From positions 15,494-79,493 of the forward strand of contig PWTU01000339.1 of NCBI GenBank assembly GCA_003562775.1: a stretch of 64,000 nucleotides of DNA, in the 5' to 3' direction. The position numbers and the translations under genes are program-made. Shown piece after piece: positions 30,257-37,384 of the stretch (position 1 is its first letter; every line of letters starts with the position of its first letter). A model generated the notes under the pieces. It saw only the letters and a list, made by a program, of their open reading frames with translations. It searched no databases and was not told the DNA's origin. The stretch comes from Ignavibacteriales bacterium (GTDB lineage Bacteria > Bacteroidota > Ignavibacteria > T3Sed10-11).

Positions 30257-31171
30257 CTATACCGGTTCAAATTTTGACAATTCATGTATTGTTTTCACCC
30301 GTTCACTGATATCCGTTTCATCAAGATTTCTGATCGCATCGACACTGAATTTTTCGATACAGAACGATGCCATGACATTGCCGTAGATTACTGCACGTTT
30401 TAAATTCTCGAACGAATGATCTCTGGTTTTCGCAATCCAGCCGAGAAATCCGCCTGCAAACGCATCGCCTGCACCGGTCGGATCGTACACTGCCTCGATC
30501 GGATAAGCCGGTGCGGTAAACATTGCATCTTTTGTCATCAGCAACGCACCGTGCTCGCCTTTTTTGATAACAACGGTCGGCGGTCCCATTTCGATTATTT
30601 TCGAACCTGCCGCGAAAAGATTTTTCGTTCCCGAAAGCATCTGCGCTTCCGAGTCGCTTAAGATAAACACGTCCAGGCGTTTTATGGTTTTCAATAGCTC
30701 ATCTTTTTTCCCCTTGATCCAGAAATTCATCGTATCGCCTACCACCATTTTCGGTCCCCTAATCTGGTCGAGTACCCGAAGCTGTAATCCCGGGTCGATA
30801 TTGCCGAGACACACATAATCGCTTTGACGGTACGGTTCGGGAATAACCGGATCGAACGTTTCAAATGCATTTAATTCGGTAAAGAGCGTATCCCTTCCGC
30901 TGAGATGCTCATCATACTTACCTCCCCAGCGAAATGTTTTTTCGCCGTTTCGTATCTGCAACCCTTCAAGATCGATCCGGCAATTTTTAAGGTAATCAAG
31001 ATGTTCCTGGGGAAAGTCGCTCCCGACAATTCCAACCAATCGTACCGGTTGTACAAAATACCGTGCACAGGATGATATAAATGTAGCGGATCCGCCGAGA
31101 ATCTCTACGGCTTTATCGTTTGGAGTTTCGACCGTATCCAATGCAATAGAACCTACAACAAGTAAACTCAC
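30257..31171 (-). CDS. PfkB-family carbohydrate/ribose-phosphate kinase; substrate unknown
   Basis: N-terminal VVGSIALDTV...GGSA and C-terminal DPTGAGDAFAGGF (PfkB signature 2). Confidence 0.8.
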   Translation of the reverse strand: MSLLVVGSIALDTVETPNDKAVEILGGSATFISSCARYFVQPVRLVGIVGSDFPQEHLDYLKNCRIDLEGLQIRNGEKTFRWGGKYDEHLSGRDTLFTELNAFETFDPVIPEPYRQSDYVCLGNIDPGLQLRVLDQIRGPKMVVGDTMNFWIKGKKDELLKTIKRLDVFILSDSEAQMLSGTKNLFAAGSKIIEMGPPTVVIKKGEHGALLMTKDAMFTAPAYPIEAVYDPTGAGDAFAGGFLGWIAKTRDHSFENLKRAVIYGNVMASFCIEKFSVDAIRNLDETDISERVKTIHELSKFEPV

Positions 31172-31203
31172 TTTATTCTCCTTATTTTAAAATGTAACAT
31201 ACA

Positions 31204-31719
31204 TTACGAATTTTTTGCGGAATTATTCGATACTTTACTTTTTAATGAAAGTTTCTCCGAAATTTCAAGAAGTTGTCCCGCCTCCTCCTCACCGGCGATA
31301 TATCGATGGACAATGTCCAGGCCTTGCTTTTGTCCCGGCCAGACAAGCAATTCTTGTGCTTCTTTATACAAGCACCAATGGTGTGCTTCATGTTCGGAGG
31401 ATAATTTCGTCACTTCACCGTGTTTCACTTCAGCGGCAAACAAGGGGGCAAGATGGACGGCATCGTTTTCCGCATCGTAAAATGAGCTTATATGCGGCCC
31501 GACATAAAAGCGAAACGGTGTCAGGTTTGTCTCTTCGCGCACCTCACGATATGCCGTCTCGTATGCTTTTTCATTCGGCCGGATACCGCCGGTGATAATC
31601 TGCCAGATACCGGGATAGAGTGTATCCGAGGTCGAGCGTTTTAATAATAGATAGTGGGGTATGCCGTTATTTTTCGAAAAGATGCATACCTCAACAATTA
31701 TACACTTAATGTCTGTCAT
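31204..31719 (-). CDS. NUDIX hydrolase
   Basis: Nudix box GGIRPNEKAYETAYREVREETNL. Confidence 0.8.
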   Translation of the reverse strand: MTDIKCIIVEVCIFSKNNGIPHYLLLKRSTSDTLYPGIWQIITGGIRPNEKAYETAYREVREETNLTPFRFYVGPHISSFYDAENDAVHLAPLFAAEVKHGEVTKLSSEHEAHHWCLYKEAQELLVWPGQKQGLDIVHRYIAGEEEAGQLLEISEKLSLKSKVSNNSAKNS

Positions 31720-31738
31720 AATATTCGTTTAACTGTCG

Positions 31739-32341
31739 TTAGAGTAAAAATCGGACGACGATAAACCCACCGATGAGGAGCAGCATAAAAGCTATTGCAA
31801 GAATATCGAAATATTTATCGATATAGATTTTAATTTGCGGTCCGAGAAAATAGAAAAAAGTAGCTACAAGAAAAAACCGCAACGATCTGCCGATCAACGA
31901 TGCAAGTGCGAGTGTTCCCAGCGGTATGGTCAAATTAAACCCCGCCGCGATTGTAAATACTTTAAACGGTATCGGTGTAAACCCCGCAAACACGATAGCG
32001 AGAAACCCGTGTTCGCGATATCTAATCAGGACTGCCTCGAAATGATCCATTGCACCATAGAATTCGAGTATTCGGGAACCGATCAATTCAAATAAAGCGT
32101 ACCCGATATAATAACCTAAAAACGCACCCGAGACCGAACCGATTGCACATACCACTGCAAACAAATACGATCTTTTCGGGTACATTACTGCAAGCGCTAA
32201 CAGCAAAGCATCGGGTGGTATGGGAAAGAACGATGCCTCAACAAATGCAATAAAAAACAAAGCCCACAATGCATACGGTTTTGCGGCAAATGACTCCACC
32301 CATAGCTTCAGATGCCGCATCCCGCCGACCAATTTTCGCAA
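31739..32341 (-). CDS. YqaA/DedA-type (VTT domain) integral membrane protein
   Basis: 200 aa and polytopic. The FIAFVEASFFPIPPD motif is typical of YqaA-like proteins. Confidence 0.7.
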   Translation of the reverse strand: MRKLVGGMRHLKLWVESFAAKPYALWALFFIAFVEASFFPIPPDALLLALAVMYPKRSYLFAVVCAIGSVSGAFLGYYIGYALFELIGSRILEFYGAMDHFEAVLIRYREHGFLAIVFAGFTPIPFKVFTIAAGFNLTIPLGTLALASLIGRSLRFFLVATFFYFLGPQIKIYIDKYFDILAIAFMLLLIGGFIVVRFLL

Positions 32342-32429
32342 CTATGTAAAACCTTTCATTAATAATATGGTGAACATCACAAAACAGTGTAATATAGGTA
32401 TTTTTAATGCTTATCTCAAATGAGACAGC

Positions 32430-32463
32430 GTATTCGGAAAGAAAATGTATTCGGAAAGAAAAA
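32430..32463. repeat. Tandem 17-bp direct repeat (2 copies)
   Basis: GTATTCGGAAAGAAAAT (32430..32446) followed by GTATTCGGAAAGAAAAA (32447..32463); 16 of 17 positions identical. Confidence 0.9.
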
Positions 32464-32487
32464 CCCCGCCTTAGTGCGGGGTTTTTT
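32458..32487 (-). terminator. Rho-independent, potentially bidirectional terminator after the ECF/TonB-C operon
   Basis: Stem CCCCGC (32464..32469) / GCGGGG (32476..32481) with a 6-nt loop, flanked by an A-run and a T6 run. Confidence 0.8.
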
Positions 32488-32497
32488 AAAAGACATA

Positions 32498-32956
32498 TCA
32501 AGAAGCCAATCGAAACATAACCGGTATCGATACCCGCACGGGAACCGGTTGACCGTGTCGCTCTCCCGGTTTGAATTTTGCCTCTTTGACAGCGCTCGCT
32601 GCCGCTTCACCAAATCCACCGCCCGGATCGTTTACGATTTCAGTCTTCACTACGGTTCCCCCGGCATCTATAAATGCATATATAAAGACGGTCCCTTCTA
32701 TCCCGGCCCGCTTCGCAAGCTCCGGATATCGAATACGTTCCTGAATCGATACGATGCCGCCTATGATTTCCGGCATCGTTTCAACTGCAACGTAATAAGT
32801 GTCGTCGCCTTCAAGCTTCATTGGAATATCAAAATCGAATGACGGCATCTCTCTATCCGGTTCGACGATCGTGTCGGTTGTTACGTCCTTATCACAGGCA
32901 AGTCCGATTAACAATAAAGAGAAAATTGCGATAAACAAAATAACATTATTGTTCAT
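32498..32956 (-). CDS. Lipoprotein carrying a TonB C-terminal (TonB_C) domain
   Basis: Lipobox LIGLAC, then MPEIIGGIVSIQERIRYPELAKRAGIEGTVFIYAFIDAGG...FKPGERHGQPVPVRVSIPVMF. No proline-rich spacer and no TonB-type N-terminal anchor. Confidence 0.8.
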   Translation of the reverse strand: MNNNVILFIAIFSLLLIGLACDKDVTTDTIVEPDREMPSFDFDIPMKLEGDDTYYVAVETMPEIIGGIVSIQERIRYPELAKRAGIEGTVFIYAFIDAGGTVVKTEIVNDPGGGFGEAAASAVKEAKFKPGERHGQPVPVRVSIPVMFRLAS

Positions 32957-32969
32957 TTTACACCTCCGG

Positions 32970-33713
32970 TTATGGTGATTGATTAAGTAGTTTTAATGTG
33001 AATCGAACTCTAATTACTATTGTTTGTTGCCCCTCTATTCCGCGAAACTCTTCCCTTTCAGAAAAAGGATATTGCAATGCGGCTTCCATAACTGCCCCGG
33101 CAAAATCATAATGAGTATCCGATAATATCCGCATTCCGATTACACGGGCGTGCTCATCGAGTGTCACCTCTGCATGCACTTCATCTTCCAGTTTATTGTT
33201 GGCAGCTTCCGGAGGATAGGTAATATATACCTCAAAATCATCCGGACCTTCAAGGATCTCGACAATTTTTTCTCTATGAGCAACATCTTGTCTGGCAAGT
33301 CGAAAATGGATCGGAATGGAAACGCGCACCGGGACCGGTTGACCTCGCTGTTTTCCGGGTTTAAATTTTGCCAGAGAAACCGCCGTTGCCGCCGCTTCGC
33401 CAAGTCCGGCGCCGGGATCATTTACTATTTCCGTTCTTACAACCTGTCCCTCTTCATCGATAAATGCATATACATATACCACACCTTCAACGCCGGCACG
33501 CTTGGCAAGCTCCGGATATCGTAACCGTTCCTGAATCGATCCTATACCGCCGATGATTTGCGGCATTTCCTCGACGGCAAGAAAGAACGTATCCCGCTCC
33601 GCCGCAACTTCGGGCTCATCAATTGCCGCTTTACCGTTCTCATCTCTTCCGGAACATCCGGCTATCGAAATGATCACAATCCAATAAAATATATATCGAC
33701 TCGTTTTACTCAT
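32970..33713 (-). CDS. Lipoprotein with a TonB_C domain plus an extra C-terminal domain; paralog of 32498..32956
   Basis: Lipobox SIAGC. The TonB_C segment is nearly collinear with its neighbour (MPQIIGGIGSIQERLRYPELAKRAGVEGVVYVYAFIDEEG...). A ~100-aa extension follows. Confidence 0.8.
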   Translation of the reverse strand: MSKTSRYIFYWIVIISIAGCSGRDENGKAAIDEPEVAAERDTFFLAVEEMPQIIGGIGSIQERLRYPELAKRAGVEGVVYVYAFIDEEGQVVRTEIVNDPGAGLGEAAATAVSLAKFKPGKQRGQPVPVRVSIPIHFRLARQDVAHREKIVEILEGPDDFEVYITYPPEAANNKLEDEVHAEVTLDEHARVIGMRILSDTHYDFAGAVMEAALQYPFSEREEFRGIEGQQTIVIRVRFTLKLLNQSP

Positions 33714-34123
33714 TCTCTATCGGTTAATAGATGTATTTCTATTTCCGGATATTCCGAAATATATATTATGCGATGTTCACCCGAGACGTAAGGGTCGTCA
33801 CTCTGGAATAAATGCATAGATGTTCCGATTATTCCCGTAATGAACAGCATGATAAACACCGCTGCTGCCGGCAACGGTACCCGTATATAGTTCCGCCACC
33901 ACTCATTCTTCGTTCCGTAATCGTCTGCATGTGTGTCCTCATAGGCAATCGATTGAACCGCTTCCCTCATTTTTTGAAATGAAGTGAAAAATGAGCGGCA
34001 CGTCTGACATTCGCTCAGATGACGGTATACCGGTATGCTTTCCTTATCGTCCAGCTCGGCATCCATCAATTCACTTATCCGTTCTTGGATTTCCTCGCAT
34101 AACATTGTCTTATATCCCTCCAA
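33710..34123 (-). CDS. Anti-sigma factor, zf-HC2 type, single-pass membrane protein
   Basis: H-x3-C-x2-C motif (HLSECQTC) and one TM helix (AAAVFIMLFITGIIG). It overlaps the sigma gene upstream and the TonB_C gene downstream. Confidence 0.75.
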   Translation of the reverse strand: MEGYKTMLCEEIQERISELMDAELDDKESIPVYRHLSECQTCRSFFTSFQKMREAVQSIAYEDTHADDYGTKNEWWRNYIRVPLPAAAVFIMLFITGIIGTSMHLFQSDDPYVSGEHRIIYISEYPEIEIHLLTDRE

Positions 34124-34640
34124 AATATGGTGATAATTTTTTTAACAAATTTTTTCGTGCTCTGAATAATTTCGTCTTCACCGCGTTGGTCGTTATTTTC
34201 ATAACATCTGCAATTTCTTTGTACGACAGATGATGGTATTCCCTTAATAAAATCACTTCCCGGAACTCGGGTTTCAATGTATCTATTGCTCTTCGTACAA
34301 TATGTGCAATATCTTCGGATTCTACAGAATTTTCAACGGAGTCCTTTTCCAAATATTCCAGTTTATGAGAAAGCGCAAGCGGTCGTTTTTTCCTGATCAA
34401 TTGAAACGACTCGTTTCTTGCAATTTTATAAACCCATGATCGAAATGCGGCTGCCGACTGTAAACTATTGATACCGTTAAATATTTTTATGAATGTCTCA
34501 TGAGCGGTATCTTCGGCATCCGAACGGTTTCCGAGCAATTGATAACAATATACATATATTTGCTGCCGGTATTGTTTATAAAACTCGGTCCGTGCTTCCT
34601 CATTGCCGTTACGTAATTTTTCGATTATTGATGGATCCAT
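34110..34640 (-). CDS. ECF-type RNA polymerase sigma-70 family factor
   Basis: 176 aa with region 2 (AEDTAHETFIKIF, FRSWVYKIARN) and region 4 (LREYHHLSYKEIADVMKITTNAVKTKLFRARK). Confidence 0.9.
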   Translation of the reverse strand: MDPSIIEKLRNGNEEARTEFYKQYRQQIYVYCYQLLGNRSDAEDTAHETFIKIFNGINSLQSAAAFRSWVYKIARNESFQLIRKKRPLALSHKLEYLEKDSVENSVESEDIAHIVRRAIDTLKPEFREVILLREYHHLSYKEIADVMKITTNAVKTKLFRARKNLLKKLSPYFGGI

Positions 34641-34689
34641 GTGTTCGTCGATTGTTAAGCGGCGTCTCTTAAAATCATCAACTACTCAT

Positions 34690-34717
34690 ATAGATGCACA
34701 GAGGAAGGAAAAGTTTC
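34690..34717 (-). promoter_or_regulatory. Candidate ECF-type (autoregulated) promoter
   Basis: The minus strand reads GAAACTT-N16-TCTAT (-35 at 34717..34711, -10 at 34694..34690), about 50 nt upstream of the sigma ATG. It resembles RpoE-type GGAACTT-N16-TCnAA. Confidence 0.4.
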
Positions 34718-34733
34718 TCATATAATGTAACAA

Positions 34734-35666
34734 TTATTTCATACCCGGAATCTCTTCGTTCCCCACGGCGGATCGTACTCCATCCCGTATAGCTTCTGCG
34801 GTCGCCTCCGCAGCCATTTCCGCTGCATAATCTATTTGTATATCTACCACACCGGTTGCCAATCCGAACACACAATCTCCATCATGCGACGTATGAACGG
34901 GTTTGATAGCTCTTGCCATACCGGTTTGCGCCCTGCGGCACATTTTGTACACATCCATTTTACTCAACTTTGCGTTGGCGGCGACGACGACAAGCGTCGT
35001 ATTTGTATTTAACGGAAGCGGTATTCCCCCGAATCTCGCATCGGGGTCGACCTCTGCCCAGAACCCACCATCGGGATGACGTGCGCCGGCGAGTATATTT
35101 CCATTCGCATCATAAACATCGCCGATTGCATTAACAACGGCAATTGCAGAAACGATCAGATCGTTATATTTAATTTCTGCAACTCCAACCCCTCCTTTCA
35201 TCCAGTATTGCGGACCCATCCATTTACCTACGGTGGCGCCTGTTCCTGCACCCACCGATCCGCGTTCTATGCTTCCGTCCGTTGCAGCTTTGCATGCTTT
35301 GTATGCATCCTCCGGCTTTGGGTATACCAGCTTATCGCCGACATTCAAATCAAACACCACGGCTGCGGGTACTATCGGGACTTTCACCCATGGTGTTTCA
35401 TAGCCGATATTTTTTTCAACTAAATAATTCACTACACCTTCCGCCGCTGCTAAGCCGAAAGCGCTGCCGCCGGTAAGCAATACGGCATTTACCTGGTTCA
35501 TTGTTTTTTCCGGATCGAGCAACGGCGTTTCTCTGCTTCCCGGAGCGCTGCCGCGTATATCGCAACTACCGACCGTGCCTGATGGACACAATATTACCGT
35601 GCAGCCGGTCATTGCGTTGACATCGGTATAATGACCTACCTTTATTCCCAAAATGGTAGTAAACAT
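34734..35666 (-). CDS. P1/S58 family peptidase (DmpA/BapA-like aminopeptidase)
   Basis: GIKVGHYTD...TGCTVIL...RGSAPGSRETPLL...LLTGGSAFGLAAAEGV...PIVPAAVVFDL. Confidence 0.85.
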   Translation of the reverse strand: MFTTILGIKVGHYTDVNAMTGCTVILCPSGTVGSCDIRGSAPGSRETPLLDPEKTMNQVNAVLLTGGSAFGLAAAEGVVNYLVEKNIGYETPWVKVPIVPAAVVFDLNVGDKLVYPKPEDAYKACKAATDGSIERGSVGAGTGATVGKWMGPQYWMKGGVGVAEIKYNDLIVSAIAVVNAIGDVYDANGNILAGARHPDGGFWAEVDPDARFGGIPLPLNTNTTLVVVAANAKLSKMDVYKMCRRAQTGMARAIKPVHTSHDGDCVFGLATGVVDIQIDYAAEMAAEATAEAIRDGVRSAVGNEEIPGMK

Positions 35667-35683
35667 AAATATCTATTCCTTGA

Positions 35684-36487
35684 TTAGTTTTTTGACGAAT
35701 GAAAGCGAATTGCAGAAAGAATTACACCGGCGGAGACGCCAACGTTGAGAGATTCCGCCCTTCCGTATTTCGGAATTGTAATCAGATCGTCGATTATATC
35801 CAATAACCTATCCGATATACCTTCCGCTTCATTTCCGAAAATCAATACTACCGGCATCGGTGGTATGATATGCTCGATCGACGAACCTCCGTGAATCGAT
35901 GTACCGCAGATAAAGTATCCGCGAGATCGAAGCGCCGGGAGTTCCCTCCAAAGGTCGACATCTTCAACAAACGGTACATGCACCATACTCCCGACAGTAG
36001 TCCGAAGTACCTTCGGGTTCCAGATATCGACCGTGCCGGCGCCCAGCAATAATGCATCGACGCCAAACCAATCACACGTTCTGACTAACGAACCAAGGTT
36101 TCCAGGTTCCCGAATATTATCCGCAGCAACGACCAATTGCGGCGCCGATTGATGAATGATCGTATCGACCGTCGTACTCCATTGATTGACAACACCGATT
36201 ACATTTTGGCCGGTGACGGTATCCGTAAGACGTTTGATATCCTGAGTTGAAACCTCATATACCTTTCCTCCCCGATCGCGAACAGTAATGAGCAACTTCT
36301 CGTGTACGTCGGTGGTTAAAAAATCGGGAGTGTAAAGCACTGCATCAATGAATTTTCCCTCATCATCCGCGGCGATAATATCGCGTAAGGCACGAACTCC
36401 TTCAATGATACATTGCTTTTGTAACGCACGGTATTTTTTTTGTTTCAGCTTCGTATATAATTTAAGTCGGTCACGGGACAGCGGCAT
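35684..36487 (-). CDS. TrmH/SpoU-family RNA 2'-O-methyltransferase
   Basis: SpoU motifs: NIREPGNLGSLVRTCDWFG, LIFGNEAEGIS, IPKYGRAESLNVGVSAGVIL. Confidence 0.85.
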   Translation of the reverse strand: MPLSRDRLKLYTKLKQKKYRALQKQCIIEGVRALRDIIAADDEGKFIDAVLYTPDFLTTDVHEKLLITVRDRGGKVYEVSTQDIKRLTDTVTGQNVIGVVNQWSTTVDTIIHQSAPQLVVAADNIREPGNLGSLVRTCDWFGVDALLLGAGTVDIWNPKVLRTTVGSMVHVPFVEDVDLWRELPALRSRGYFICGTSIHGGSSIEHIIPPMPVVLIFGNEAEGISDRLLDIIDDLITIPKYGRAESLNVGVSAGVILSAIRFHSSKN

Positions 36488-36584
36488 AGAGAATTTCTTT
36501 GATCGTTACTATTTTGTCGTATATGTACCCCCAGTTTAAAATATTATAAATATTTTAGTATATTCCAAATAGAATGTTTCATAT

Positions 36585-36833
36585 TTGAGAGGTTATCATG
36601 AAATTATTATTGAGGATGGCATCGAACGCAGACCCGGACGAGCGGAATCGGCTGCAAGATTCCTCAACAACGATATACCTGAAATGCAGGAGGCAATTTC
36701 TGCGCAGAACCGGGATATTTTTTCGAGTGCATTCAACTCATTTACGCAGGCCTGTAATACATGCCATACTGCTGAAGACGTACCGTTTATCACTATAGAG
36801 GTACCGGTAGAACGGGTTTCACCTGTAAAATAA
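36585..36833 (+). pseudogene. Possible 5'-truncated remnant of a four-helix-bundle CxxCH (class II cytochrome c-like) protein
   Basis: 82-aa TTG-initiated ORF ending in ...FTQACNTCHTAEDVPFITIEVP. It has a single C-terminal CxxCH and no signal peptide. It is the only plus-strand ORF within 40 kb of minus-strand genes. Confidence 0.3.
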
Positions 36834-36837
36834 ATTA

Positions 36838-36870
36838 ATGGGCATAAGGTATATCATACCTTATGCCCAT
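36838..36870. terminator. Perfect 15-bp-stem hairpin between convergent ORFs
   Basis: ATGGGCATAAGGTAT-ATC-ATACCTTATGCCCAT read directly. The flanking U-tracts are weak. Confidence 0.5.
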
Positions 36871-36926
36871 ACGTAAAATACAACTAACAGATCACCCTGT
36901 AGGTTTCCTCTTCTTTTTCCGCCGGA

Positions 36927-37271
36927 TTACATACGCTCCATACCCGGGATATCAGTCTGAATCTCAAGGCCTTCAACGCCGGACGCTATCTCTTCAACCT
37001 CGTTTATCAATTCAGGCGATACTCCGGGAGCTGCATGAATATGTGCACGAGCTTCGTCTTCCCGCACTAATTCTTCAAGATGTTCGGCAAGTTCTTCAAT
37101 TGCGATCGGTTCTCCGTCCACAAGAATTCTGTCTTCCGATTCAATTGTAATTGTTATTTCCGGAAGAACCGGATCATCCGGTATGAGTTCTTCAATCTCT
37201 TCCCGCTCACATCCGGTTATAAAAATGAGAAATAGAAAGAGCATCGAAAAGACTGCAATAGTGGAACGCAT
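36927..37271 (-). CDS. Small acidic lipoprotein (weak ExbD/TolR periplasmic-domain resemblance)
   Basis: Signal peptide plus lipobox (FITGC). ITIESEDRILVDGEPIAIEELAEHLEEL resembles the ExbD C-terminal domain, but this is not verified. Confidence 0.5.
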   Translation of the reverse strand: MRSTIAVFSMLFLFLIFITGCEREEIEELIPDDPVLPEITITIESEDRILVDGEPIAIEELAEHLEELVREDEARAHIHAAPGVSPELINEVEEIASGVEGLEIQTDIPGMERM

Positions 37272-37384
37272 ACTATACCTCCATATTTATTTTGGCTAAT
37301 ATGTTCTGACTTATTTATGTATTACCCCCACTGCATTCACTATAACACAAAACGGTAATTTTACATTCCCGGAATTTCAACGTA

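Noticed and set aside
36598-36798. ATG-initiated 66-aa ORF with a good Shine-Dalgarno sequence, overlapping the CxxCH ORF
   Set aside because: The translation is Arg-rich and unstructured-looking with no motif. The alternative frame carries the recognisable CxxCH C-terminus. Neither can be confirmed without a search.
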